IMG/VR virus record: IMGVR_UViG_2890725172_000001
Coordinates: 32,001 to 96,000 of that record
Length of the DNA stretch: 64,000 nt
Direction: 5' to 3' (one strand)
Origin: a virus
Taxonomy: Duplodnaviria > Caudoviricetes
Each line of letters starts with the position of its first letter. Within the stretch, counting starts at the first letter, position 1. A program made the translations under genes and the position numbers. The notes under the pieces were generated by a model. The model did not search any database, was not told the origin of the DNA, and saw nothing but the letters and a program-made list of their open reading frames with translations. Shown here piece after piece: positions 1 through 9,184 of the stretch.

Positions 1-240
1 ATGCTCTACGAGCCGAACTACGCCAACCCCGGTGCCGGGCCGATAAAGCGTCAGGTGGTTCTGATGCTCCCCTGGGATGAGGCGAGTCGCCTCGTCATCG
101 ATATCACACGGCTGATCGTGGAGGATTCGAGTGGCGTCTAGATCTCAGGCGATGTTACTTGATCTGATCGAGAGGATCATCCGGGACATCCTCCGTAGTC
201 GTCAGCGCCGAAATTCCCGACAGAAAAGGAGAGGAGACTC

Positions 241-606
241 ATGAACAGCGTTGAGTTCGAATCTGGTGATGTCGCGAGGTTCTATCTGGGAACGGAGGAG
301 ATTCGCTACACCTTCGTCTCTGACGGGGCGGCCGGAACGATCACCGCCAAGTCCGCGTTCTTCGGCGAGCCCAAAAAGATGGCCGTCATGCTTCAGCTCT
401 CGGACAACACTGAAATTGGCGACTGGGGAATTATGGGGGTCGTCCTCTGTGACGGGCACCAACTCACGGCGCGGCCTCATTTCAACGCGGCCGACAAATA
501 CCCGCTCGACGGCGTCGACAACGAAGAGGCGCGTGCGAGCATTTCGCGCCTCTTCTCCGAAATCGCATGGCATTACTACGAGATCACGAACTGGAGAAGG
601 AGCTAG
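241..606 (+). CDS. hypothetical protein
   Basis: 121-aa ORF with strong RBS (AGGAGAGGAG). Confidence 0.7.
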   Translation: MNSVEFESGDVARFYLGTEEIRYTFVSDGAAGTITAKSAFFGEPKKMAVMLQLSDNTEIGDWGIMGVVLCDGHQLTARPHFNAADKYPLDGVDNEEARASISRLFSEIAWHYYEITNWRRS

Positions 607-607
607 C

Positions 608-901
608 ATGATCGACGAGAGGGAGATTCTTGAGGCCCTTCGCGCGACTGACGAGCGACTGGTGGCGGAGCAGGATCTCACACCCGTTCAGCTGATCCTT
701 CGGGACAGGCCTGAGACGGGTGTCACCGTTCTTCGCCGGGCCTACGAGATGGGCGGCGACATCCTTAACGCGTGGGATGTCCTGGCGTCGGCTCTGACCA
801 TTCAGAAGAGCGTGGAAGCGGTTCTCGAACACCTCGGCCACGACCTCGGAATGACGATCCTCAGGAAGGTCGCTGAGCTCAAGTACAACGCCAAGCTCTA
901 A
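608..901 (+). CDS. hypothetical protein
   Basis: ATG at 608 directly after previous stop; MIDEREILEALR... Confidence 0.65.
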   Translation: MIDEREILEALRATDERLVAEQDLTPVQLILRDRPETGVTVLRRAYEMGGDILNAWDVLASALTIQKSVEAVLEHLGHDLGMTILRKVAELKYNAKL

Positions 902-931
902 CGTCGGACCAACATCAAAGAGGAATAACCC

Positions 932-1495
932 ATGTCAGCGCCGGAGAGATATTTCATCGACTTCGCCACATCGGAAATGGCGTCATGGATCGCCAGCATG
1001 CCGGAACTGGCGGACGTACCTGCCGCCACCGTCGCTGGGTGGCGCGTGACCATGTACAGCGCTGCCCTCGACGTCCTCAAGGAACTGGACAACGAGCACG
1101 ACGGCTTCTACGACGGCACCAGCATCTGGGTTAGCGGTGACGAGTTCACCGTGCATGCCCTCACTGAGACCGTCGACCTGTTAGAGCGGGTTCTCTACGA
1201 CCTCGCTGTGAGGGCGAAGAGTCGCATTTTCCAATTCGGCTCCGATTATCTGGCGCTGCACCCGGAAGACGCCCAGGCCGGGGAGAAAGAAGACGACCCG
1301 TTCGACACGCTTCTGAGCGCGGAGCTGATGCGGATCGAAGGAATCGCAGAGGCCATGGAACTGGTCCTCGGCTTCGACGACAAGGGGCGTCCCTCCCGAG
1401 CGGTCCGGGTCAAAGACCTGATCAATACGTCTGAAGTGACCGCGCTCAAGGAGAGGGTCAACGCCCGAGCAGGCCGACCGATCTTCGACATCTGA
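932..1495 (+). CDS. hypothetical protein
   Basis: 187-aa acidic ORF, RBS AGAGGA. Confidence 0.7.
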   Translation: MSAPERYFIDFATSEMASWIASMPELADVPAATVAGWRVTMYSAALDVLKELDNEHDGFYDGTSIWVSGDEFTVHALTETVDLLERVLYDLAVRAKSRIFQFGSDYLALHPEDAQAGEKEDDPFDTLLSAELMRIEGIAEAMELVLGFDDKGRPSRAVRVKDLINTSEVTALKERVNARAGRPIFDI

Positions 1496-1542
1496 CCTGG
1501 GTCATCGTCCCTTTGAGGGGTGTACCACCAACAGACCCGTAG

Positions 1543-1863
1543 ATGGAGAAACACATGGACATAAGAGACGAGAAGACACTCATCCCGGTCGCCGAGCTTC
1601 TCGCGAAGTGGGCCGTCGCCGATGCTGACGGTCCGGTGGCTCGGCTGACGAGGCTGTACGAGAACACCGAAGAGACGGCGACCTTTCGGACCATCCTCAT
1701 GAACGCCTCGGTCGAGGTGGGCGGCGCGATCTCGGAGGCCGCCTACGACCTGATGTTCAGTACCGACCCCGCCGACGACGAGAGCTGTTCGGTCCGGCGC
1801 GGCTGGGTCGTCAACTCGGCGATCAACCGGGTATCCGAGTCGCACTCATGGATTCGCCCCTGA
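1543..1863 (+). CDS. hypothetical protein
   Basis: ORF; start may be ATG 1555 after GGAG. Confidence 0.6.
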   Translation: MEKHMDIRDEKTLIPVAELLAKWAVADADGPVARLTRLYENTEETATFRTILMNASVEVGGAISEAAYDLMFSTDPADDESCSVRRGWVVNSAINRVSESHSWIRP

Positions 1864-1981
1864 TTCGCTGCGCACTCTCTCACCTCCCGGCTTCGGGGAC
1901 GGAAGGTGAGGGACTCGCTGGAATCAGTCCAGCACAGTTGTAGGGGCCGAAATTCGGAGAGGACATGAGGAAGAGAGACGC

Positions 1982-2647
1982 ATGAGTAAGAGCATCGAGA
2001 TTGGCACCGTTCACATCACCGAGAAGTACGAGGAGAGGGAACGGGCGTTCCAGACGGCATCCTGGTGGCGTGACAACGACGTGGCGCCGCAGTCGGTGGC
2101 ATTGATGGGTGAGTTCTCCGGCGGCCAGCTCATCGACTGGTGGTACACGCTGGACACGGTGATCACGGCCGATTATTTCGCATCGTCCGGGTTCGGTATC
2201 ACGCTGGACTACGACACCGCACAGAACGCGGGCAAGCCCAACAAGATCACGCACCGCACGTACTGCTACATCCTGGCCGAGCTGCTCGCGGTGAAGAAGG
2301 GTGAGCTCAAGCACGGGTTCATCGTGCTCGACCCGAACCTGAAATTCCGGATCAGTACCTTCGAGGGCTCAGGGCATCGCATGTCCCGGCTACACAACCC
2401 GGTCTGCATGGACTGTGCCGCGCCGATCCGTATCGCGACCGAGTACGAGCGCTGGGCCGGAGTCGACCGTCTGAAGAACCCACATGCGTTCCCGGCGCGT
2501 GAGTACATGCACGTCACCGACACGGACGGTGAGCCACACAACGGTCGGCCGACGAAAGAGAGCTGGCTCGACTACACCATCCCCAACGTCCAGTACCGGC
2601 TGCACCTCGTCGAGGACGGGGCCGAAATCAAGGAGAACCAGGCATGA
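1982..2647 (+). CDS. hypothetical phage protein
   Basis: 221-aa ORF, RBS GAGGAAG, ATGA overlap with next gene. Confidence 0.7.
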   Translation: MSKSIEIGTVHITEKYEERERAFQTASWWRDNDVAPQSVALMGEFSGGQLIDWWYTLDTVITADYFASSGFGITLDYDTAQNAGKPNKITHRTYCYILAELLAVKKGELKHGFIVLDPNLKFRISTFEGSGHRMSRLHNPVCMDCAAPIRIATEYERWAGVDRLKNPHAFPAREYMHVTDTDGEPHNGRPTKESWLDYTIPNVQYRLHLVEDGAEIKENQA

Positions 2648-2979
2648 CCGAGTACACGCCCTACGGCTGGGTCATCACCGAGGACCTGATCACCAATGGC
2701 GAGTACAACGGGGTGATGGGGCCGCGCACGATGGACCCCGAACTTGAGGCGCGTCTTGAAGCCGGAGAGGGCACGGAGTTCCGTCTGCTCGACGACGACG
2801 GCGAGCACTACGCCACTGGCCGGATCATCGGCCCGGCCGACCCCGACTGGGGGAAGAAGGCGAAGGAGTACGAGATGGTCGAATGGGAGTTCGCTCCGCT
2901 CCACGAGTTCGGCGCGAGGAACTGGGGCTGCACCGACGTGCAGTACAAGAACGACGCCGGTGAGTGGAAGAACCTGTAG
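2644..2979 (+). CDS. conserved hypothetical phage protein
   Basis: FRLLDDDGEHY...GCTDVQYK motif typical of a small phage family; RBS AAGGAG. Confidence 0.7.
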   Translation: MTEYTPYGWVITEDLITNGEYNGVMGPRTMDPELEARLEAGEGTEFRLLDDDGEHYATGRIIGPADPDWGKKAKEYEMVEWEFAPLHEFGARNWGCTDVQYKNDAGEWKNL

Positions 2980-3027
2980 GACCGTAACGAGAAGCGCAAC
3001 AAGTTAACCAATTAAGGAGACAATCAC

Positions 3028-3561
3028 ATGGACTTCGAGATCACCCTCATCGACCTCAACCCCGAAGGCAACGTCGACCACGTGTTCAACCTGCTCGACG
3101 ACGACCTGATGAACGACGTCAACGCCGCCTTCGGTGACGAGGGCAGCAACGAGGACGCGAAGGAGGGCGTGCATTTCAAAGTCGGCCCGGTCAACGGGAT
3201 GGAGCCGCTGTACGACGAGGGCGAGGTGCCTGATGCCTCCTTCGCCGAGATTCTTCGCGCCGCGCGGCTGGCCGCGCAGGCTAAGGACGAGTCCTGGGAG
3301 GGGTTCCTCGCCTGGGTCGACGACACGGGCGGCGGTCTTCGGTTCTACCCTGACGACGACGAGGCGCTGAAGACCTTCCGGAAGCAGTTCCGGGGCGAGT
3401 ACGAGGACCTGGAAGAGTACGCGAAGGAGTGGGCCGAGGACCAGGGCGCTCCCGAGGCGATGTTCGGCTACATGGACTGGGACGGCTTCGGCGTGTGGCT
3501 CGCGACGGACTACAACGTCATCGACCTGCCGAGCGGTAACATCGCGATCTTCACGAAGTAG
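3028..3561 (+). CDS. ardA: ArdA-like antirestriction (DNA mimic) protein
   Basis: Highly acidic; C-terminal FRGEYEDLEEYAKE...YMDWDGFG...DY motif characteristic of ArdA. Confidence 0.75.
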   Translation: MDFEITLIDLNPEGNVDHVFNLLDDDLMNDVNAAFGDEGSNEDAKEGVHFKVGPVNGMEPLYDEGEVPDASFAEILRAARLAAQAKDESWEGFLAWVDDTGGGLRFYPDDDEALKTFRKQFRGEYEDLEEYAKEWAEDQGAPEAMFGYMDWDGFGVWLATDYNVIDLPSGNIAIFTK

Positions 3562-3630
3562 ATCAGCTCCGCCCGAATTTTCAGGCTCGGCACACACGGT
3601 GTCGGGCCTTCGTCATGTCTGGAGGTACTT

Positions 3631-4167
3631 ATGGACTTCGATCCTTATATCACTCTCGTCAGCCTGGACGGCTGGGCGAGTACGCGGATGCGCCTGCTGG
3701 ATTGGGACGACGAGCGCGCCAAAGAGATCAGGCTGCTGTTCGGCGAGAACGCCAAACAGGGGAGCCACTTCAACATCGAAAGCATCGATGGGATGGAGCC
3801 GCTCTGGCACCCAGTCGGAGACACCTACAGGGATCTGGAGCTGCGTCACATCGTAGTGATCGCTCGGCGAGCGAGGCTGTGCAAATCACCACAGGCGTTC
3901 CTTGCGTGGATCAAGCTGATCCGGTCCGACCTCATCGGGAAAGAAGGCCTTTCCTTCGATGCGGTCACGTCGTACTTCCAGGCGTCCTTCCGAGGCGAGT
4001 TCGCCAGCCTGGCCGGATACGCGCGACAGTGGGCTGACGGTCAGCGGTGGCATCCCTACGTGCGCCTGCACATCGACTGGGACGGGCTCGGCCGGTCGCT
4101 CACAGAGGATGCCGTGGTCGCTGAGCTCCCGAACGGCAAGATCGCGGTACTCACGTACAACACCTGA
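3631..4167 (+). CDS. diverged ArdA-like paralog
   Basis: Colinear similarity to the upstream gene (MDF, GMEPL, FLAW, FRGE, DWDG, LPxGxIA). Confidence 0.65.
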   Translation: MDFDPYITLVSLDGWASTRMRLLDWDDERAKEIRLLFGENAKQGSHFNIESIDGMEPLWHPVGDTYRDLELRHIVVIARRARLCKSPQAFLAWIKLIRSDLIGKEGLSFDAVTSYFQASFRGEFASLAGYARQWADGQRWHPYVRLHIDWDGLGRSLTEDAVVAELPNGKIAVLTYNT

Positions 4168-4246
4168 TCACCACGGCGAGCGGAAGGTCACCGGCGACGG
4201 CGGGATCACCGCTCAGGGAGGATCCGACCAGCATCGGTCGGGCGCA

Positions 4247-4280
4247 GGCCAGTACGGGCTGTGTCCGGCCGTTTTTGTTT
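4247..4280 (+). terminator. probable intrinsic terminator
   Basis: GGCC...GGCC imperfect stem followed by GTTTTTGTTT. Confidence 0.5.
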
Positions 4281-4350
4281 GGCCCCTCACGACGGCTCTC
4301 CACAGCGGGTGGGTGAGCTATACCTACACGAGTAAGAAAGGAGCCTACTC

Positions 4351-4731
4351 ATGGGGACTGCGATCTTGGTCAAACGGAAGCCTGTTCGCATCAACTACTC
4401 GGTGAACACTACGGTGTATGAACGTGCGATTGAGCTGGCCGCCACGATGAACCTGACGGTGCCTCAGGTGCTCACACACCTCATCCCTCAGGTGCTGGCG
4501 CGGCCGGAGCCGCAGTGGCGGCCGACGCTGGCGGTTCTGCGGATGCATGGCCCGCAGAACCGTCAAGAGTTCGCGAACGTGCCTGAGGACCTTCTCAAGG
4601 ACGGAGAGGAGAATTTCCTGCCGGGCGCCGAAACTCCGCTAGAGCGTGGACGGCTGGCGGCGATGGTACTGAACTACTACGTGGCTGGGGTGATCACGCT
4701 CAACGTCAAGGTGGAGCTCAATGAACCGTGA
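4351..4731 (+). CDS. putative ribbon-helix-helix DNA-binding protein
   Basis: N-terminal beta-strand (VRINYSV) followed by two helices; RBS AAAGGAG. Confidence 0.45.
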   Translation: MGTAILVKRKPVRINYSVNTTVYERAIELAATMNLTVPQVLTHLIPQVLARPEPQWRPTLAVLRMHGPQNRQEFANVPEDLLKDGEENFLPGAETPLERGRLAAMVLNYYVAGVITLNVKVELNEP

Positions 4732-5383
4732 AGACGTCCTTCGCCGAATTCGAGCAGCCCTAGATCAGGCTAACCACCGGAGTACACCGCGCGGTCAGGC
4801 CATCTCGGCGCTGGCGGTGGCGACGAAGCTAGCACAGCGCCTCGGTCTCGACGATCCCCGCCAGGCCGTGGTCGACGTCGCCTGGTACGAGATCAGCACA
4901 CGCGGCCAGCATCACCCCGAACGCGGCGAGGCTCTGTGGGAGGTCAGTGAGACTCTCGGCTGCCGTGCCGTGCTACATGGTCACCGGCGCCGGGATCGAC
5001 CGGCGCACCTGGAGCTGATCGGCCAGCCGCCGACGCTGGAATGGCTGTGTGATCGACTGCTTCCCTCGGTCTCCTTTCAGATGGAGATGCGCTTGATGGA
5101 GGAGCTTCTCCAGCGTCGTGGACAATCCCGTACCGACCGTACCGATTTTGTACGAGGATGGTATGGCGGCTGGGGGAGCGAGGTCGCCGAAGTGCTCCGG
5201 CTACGGGGCAGGGCTCGCGAAGTGACCGAGCTTGTCGACGCCGAATTTCGCAGGCGCCACCCACAGCTGCACCCCAACAGAACGATCTATTTCTCCCCCC
5301 AAGGGCATGCCCTCGGCCGACAGGCCGGTCAGGTGGTGGACCTCGGGGATCGAGTTCTCATAGAAGGCGACAACAGTGAGTGA
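4721..5383 (+). CDS. DUF2786-like protein
   Basis: N-terminal VLRRIRAALDQA...A..L..R.GL helix-hairpin, F..GW and G..AG..VDLG motifs. Confidence 0.6.
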   Translation: MNREDVLRRIRAALDQANHRSTPRGQAISALAVATKLAQRLGLDDPRQAVVDVAWYEISTRGQHHPERGEALWEVSETLGCRAVLHGHRRRDRPAHLELIGQPPTLEWLCDRLLPSVSFQMEMRLMEELLQRRGQSRTDRTDFVRGWYGGWGSEVAEVLRLRGRAREVTELVDAEFRRRHPQLHPNRTIYFSPQGHALGRQAGQVVDLGDRVLIEGDNSE

Positions 5384-5780
5384 ATCGGAGCGGGAAAGGC
5401 CCGACGAATACAGGACGCCGATTGATGAGTTCATCGACAAAGCTCGTCGCGCTCAAGGGTTGAGCTGGAACGAACTCGTCGAAAAAGCAAGGATGACAAA
5501 ATCGGGCTTGATGTCCGTCCGCAATGGCGATACTCGATCCATTAGGCCGAAGACCTCTACTGGGCTCGACGATGCACTCGGCCTGCCGCGCGGAACAATC
5601 GAAAAGGTCTTTAAGGGAGACACTGCTATCGACATGAGTCCGAAGATCCTTACCGTACACTCCTCTGCGCGCATCAGCCCCGAAATGGCAATGCAGCTTC
5701 TAGAGCTCGCCAACAAGCACGGTCACGCTCTGATCATCAAGGACAACGCCAACACTGAGGAAGAGGGTCGAAATGAGTGA
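5376..5780 (+). CDS. XRE/Cro-C1 family HTH regulator
   Basis: ARRAQGLSWNELVEKARMTKSGLMSVRNG...LDDALGLPRGTI HTH pattern. Confidence 0.75.
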   Translation: MSESERERPDEYRTPIDEFIDKARRAQGLSWNELVEKARMTKSGLMSVRNGDTRSIRPKTSTGLDDALGLPRGTIEKVFKGDTAIDMSPKILTVHSSARISPEMAMQLLELANKHGHALIIKDNANTEEEGRNE

Positions 5781-6060
5781 CGAGAAGAAGAAGTACACCA
5801 CGGTCGCCGGATCCGAATTCGACATGGCGTTCACGGTGGTGGTCCGCGTCAGGCAGACGGACGTGACGGGAGTCGACCGTCCGCATTACGAGATCGCGCA
5901 AGCGGCCCTGAATCACTTCAAGCACGCCCGGACCCTTCAGGTCGCGGCCCGCGCCGGAGAGAACATGCACCACGCCGGTTTCTACGAGATCGAGACGGTC
6001 GCGGTCCGCGCGGTTCAATTCCTTGATCTTCGGCGCGAGCTCCGAGAGGACGGGATGTAA
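5773..6060 (+). CDS. hypothetical protein
   Basis: ORF overlapping previous stop. Confidence 0.6.
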   Translation: MSDEKKKYTTVAGSEFDMAFTVVVRVRQTDVTGVDRPHYEIAQAALNHFKHARTLQVAARAGENMHHAGFYEIETVAVRAVQFLDLRRELREDGM

Positions 6061-6064
6061 TTAC

Positions 6065-6418
6065 ATGGGTAAGGACCTGAGAAAGGACGCCGACGACTAC
6101 GCCCACGACTTCGTCGCGATCCTGAAGGAACGTATTCCCATTCTTCGTAGCGACGGTGGCTTGGCTCGGACCCTTCGCGATGCGGTGGAGAAGCACTACC
6201 TCGATCCCAACCCTGATCCTGACGCCATTATCGCCCTTCCCGAAGGCGGGTACGGCGTGTGGCAGGTAAGGACATTGCTGGAGGACGACGATAAACGACG
6301 TCTGAAAGTACTGGCTCAGGACTCAGAGGGCTGGCCGGTGCGACATGCTGACGAGCGCTACCTCAACGACGAGCTCGCGTATCTATGGAGCAAGATCCGA
6401 TCGGACGATCCGACGTGA
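6065..6418 (+). CDS. hypothetical protein
   Basis: ORF; start re-called at ATG 6065. Confidence 0.6.
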   Translation: MGKDLRKDADDYAHDFVAILKERIPILRSDGGLARTLRDAVEKHYLDPNPDPDAIIALPEGGYGVWQVRTLLEDDDKRRLKVLAQDSEGWPVRHADERYLNDELAYLWSKIRSDDPT

Positions 6419-6594
6419 GTACCCACGACAAGTGCAAGACGATCGCTGAGAATCCTGAAGGCGGCTATCTGATCTGTTATAAATCGCCTCACCCGAATAA
6501 CCCTGAGCACTATGATCCGAGCGAGGAAAAGCGGTGGACCGACGCCGAGATTCCCCCACTCGTCAAGAAGACAAAGAGACTGAGGAATCGATGA
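6415..6594 (+). CDS. small hypothetical protein (C/H motif)
   Basis: GTGA and ATGA overlaps with neighbours; C...C...H...H. Confidence 0.55.
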   Translation: MSTHDKCKTIAENPEGGYLICYKSPHPNNPEHYDPSEEKRWTDAEIPPLVKKTKRLRNR

Positions 6595-7064
6595 CCGATG
6601 ATCTGAGCCCTGGCTCCCACGCTTTGGCTGAAATTCTCAGCACCATGCCGGACAGCAGCGTTGAGGATGGACACGAGTACGTGTTCGTCTACAAGAAGAG
6701 AGGCCATGACCGGCTGCAACTCCTGGAGTCCGGCGAGAGCGGAGCTCAAGCTGTTTGGGCCCGTAAGGGCCGTAAGGGCCAGGGGCTCATTCTCCGGCGC
6801 CGCAAAACCATCGCCACGGTGTACGGGGAGTGGGAGACCGCTCCCCTAAACGATCTCGGGGAGATCGCCGACGACGAGGCCGCCGACAGGGTCGAGCTGT
6901 TCCTCCAACGACGAGCGGAGATGTCCGAGAGCGGTGCCCTCGACAAGAACCTCATCCACTCCCTCGACGGAAAGCCGGGCGACGACACGATATACGAGCT
7001 GACCATGGAAGATCTGTGGACGCTCGTGAATCGGAGCCGAGGAAATTGGGAGGTGTCTGAATGA
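6591..7064 (+). CDS. hypothetical protein
   Basis: RBS GAGGA, ATGA overlaps. Confidence 0.6.
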   Translation: MTDDLSPGSHALAEILSTMPDSSVEDGHEYVFVYKKRGHDRLQLLESGESGAQAVWARKGRKGQGLILRRRKTIATVYGEWETAPLNDLGEIADDEAADRVELFLQRRAEMSESGALDKNLIHSLDGKPGDDTIYELTMEDLWTLVNRSRGNWEVSE

Positions 7065-7189
7065 TTGGCTGCAAATGCGGCGCCCGAACCTACAAGGGCC
7101 ACCTGAAGAAGTGCGCTGATGGTTACCCGGACCACGTCTACAAGGGAACCGATGTGTTTCGCATCAAGTTCGAGTACAAGGAGGACTAA
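7061..7189 (+). CDS. small Cys/His protein (42 aa, not in ORF track)
   Basis: MIGCKCGARTYKGHLKKCADG...; RBS GGGAGG; ATGA overlap. Confidence 0.5.
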   Translation: MIGCKCGARTYKGHLKKCADGYPDHVYKGTDVFRIKFEYKED

Positions 7190-7193
7190 CCAA

Positions 7194-7670
7194 TTGACTG
7201 AGTGGATCAACGTCAGGGTCGTAACAGACAACAGTGTGGACTCGACGCACAGCTTCGAGCTCGACGTGCATCAGCGCCTCGTCGTTCATCGTGGAGGCAA
7301 ACTGCTGTTCACCATCCACGGCGCCATGCAGCAGCCGATCGTCCCGTTACGGCAGGACGAGAACGCCGGAGAATTCCGCACGATGGAGACCTTGTACCTG
7401 GTCAACCTCGTCACGGCGTTCGCCCTCGGCCTGTGGCGGGAAGAGCTCCAGGCCGCCAAGGCAGAACGGCCTGCCGACGTCAAGCCGACTCTGCTCGCGC
7501 AGGATGTGGTGGACAACCTGGAGCTTCGGCTGATGGAGGTCGCTGAGAAGTCTCAGGACATCGAAGAGGTTCGGCTGGCTTCCCGGATCCTGCCTCTGCT
7601 GGCGCCGAAAACCCGGCTCTACTGGCCCGCCGTCGCCGACGCGTTGGTCACCAACCTCAAGGAGAACTGA
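7194..7670 (+). CDS. hypothetical protein
   Basis: TTG start after AAGGAGG. Confidence 0.6.
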   Translation: MTEWINVRVVTDNSVDSTHSFELDVHQRLVVHRGGKLLFTIHGAMQQPIVPLRQDENAGEFRTMETLYLVNLVTAFALGLWREELQAAKAERPADVKPTLLAQDVVDNLELRLMEVAEKSQDIEEVRLASRILPLLAPKTRLYWPAVADALVTNLKEN

Positions 7671-7671
7671 C

Positions 7672-8037
7672 ATGCATCACAATCACGCCAGCTTCCCTCG
7701 CGACGACAAAGAGCCACTGATCATGCGGACCACCGACAAGGTCTGTGAGGTGCTCACCTGGTACAAGCTCGTCGAGGATTACGTCGAGACCATGAACGAC
7801 ATCTACGACGGCGTACGCGATGAGCACGACGTCCCTCGGTGGACGTACATGGCGCTGTTCCCCGGACCCGACGTCCTGCCGATTCTGTGCACCTTCGAGG
7901 GGCGCGAGCCGGTCGGCGACCACCCGGTCGGCACCCGGGACTTCTATCTGATGGGTCTGGTCGGCGGCCAGCACAAGGAGATGGCCGACCCGAACGGCAA
8001 GCCCATCATGTTCAGCTACATTCCCGCTGACGTCTGA
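7672..8037 (+). CDS. hypothetical protein
   Basis: RBS AAGGAG. Confidence 0.6.
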   Translation: MHHNHASFPRDDKEPLIMRTTDKVCEVLTWYKLVEDYVETMNDIYDGVRDEHDVPRWTYMALFPGPDVLPILCTFEGREPVGDHPVGTRDFYLMGLVGGQHKEMADPNGKPIMFSYIPADV

Positions 8038-8113
8038 TCGCCTGTACCACTCCCGGGGCTTCGGTCCCGGGACACAGTAGAGGGATTCAGCCGGAATTTC
8101 GAAGGGAGGCATT

Positions 8114-9184
8114 GTGCGTGATTTAGCGCTGGCAGCTGCCGAAGCGCGGCATGAACTGATTGTGCAGTACGGCTCCAGAGATGGCGTCTTGGACATGATG
8201 TCTCAGACGGGGGAATTCGTCACCAAGGGTGGCAAGGTCTACATCATGCGGGAGGCGTACGAGGCTGCCGAAAGGCTGGCGAAGGCTTATCTCCAGCATT
8301 TGTCGCTGGCTCAGCTGGTAGTCATCGATGATGACGTGTGCCAGCTTCTTGATCTGGCTGCGGGATCTATGCCCGATCAAGTACTGAACAGGCAGATGCC
8401 ACTCTTCCCGTACGGGTTCGCCTGGTTCGCTGATCCGCTGATCGGGCGCGACATCATCGTCATGGACGTCGAGAAGGAGGTTCCTGTTCGAGGAACAATC
8501 CCCCTTGAGGCGATGTCCTGGTCTTACATCAACGGTGATCACCTGATTACCGCCGCGACCGACTGTGGCCCTTCCATGGTGCTCACGACCTATGCGAGAA
8601 GGTCGGCCGTTGAGGCGATTCTGGATTCGGTTCCTGGCGCGAATACTCCGGTTGATGAGTACGCGGATGGTCTTCAGAGCGTGTCCACAACCGTCTGGTC
8701 GTTCGGTACGCCGACCGGGACTGCGTTCGGGAAGCGTCTTTCTGAGCTAAGCCACAATTTGACTATCGAGGAGCTGAGGGAGTCCGACATGGCCTTCACT
8801 CAGCGCCTGGCAGCAGCCATCTGGGCGCTTGGAAAGCAGCCGATCACCAGCACTGAAGAGGAAGTGCTGCCGCGTCACATGCGACGGCGGGCAGCACGAA
8901 TCGGCGTGACGGAATCCGAACGCCCCGTACAGATTCTCAAGCTTCGACAAAAGATGCCTGCGAAGGGTCCACGAACAGAGGGCAAACGCCACGTCGACTG
9001 GAAATCGCGCTGGCCGGTCAGCCTGCACTGGCGCAAACCGCGCGAAAACCAGAAGATTCAGGAGCCGACACTGATCTGGCCTTACATCAAGGGGCCGGAG
9101 GGTCTACCCATCAAGGGCTCTAGAAGGACTTTCGTACTGGACAACCCAGACGGCCTGACATTAGAAGATCTCAACGCAGAATGA
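8114..9184 (+). CDS. conserved hypothetical phage protein
   Basis: 356 aa; C-terminal RWPVSLHWR...IWPYIKGPEGLPIK motif seen in phage hypotheticals. Confidence 0.7.
   Translation: MRDLALAAAEARHELIVQYGSRDGVLDMMSQTGEFVTKGGKVYIMREAYEAAERLAKAYLQHLSLAQLVVIDDDVCQLLDLAAGSMPDQVLNRQMPLFPYGFAWFADPLIGRDIIVMDVEKEVPVRGTIPLEAMSWSYINGDHLITAATDCGPSMVLTTYARRSAVEAILDSVPGANTPVDEYADGLQSVSTTVWSFGTPTGTAFGKRLSELSHNLTIEELRESDMAFTQRLAAAIWALGKQPITSTEEEVLPRHMRRRAARIGVTESERPVQILKLRQKMPAKGPRTEGKRHVDWKSRWPVSLHWRKPRENQKIQEPTLIWPYIKGPEGLPIKGSRRTFVLDNPDGLTLEDLNAE

Noticed and set aside
208-8101. Recurrent CCGAAATT/GGAATTTC-like motifs near 208, 1948, 3573 and 8092
   Set aside because: Short, degenerate and also present within coding sequence; cannot be distinguished from chance by eye
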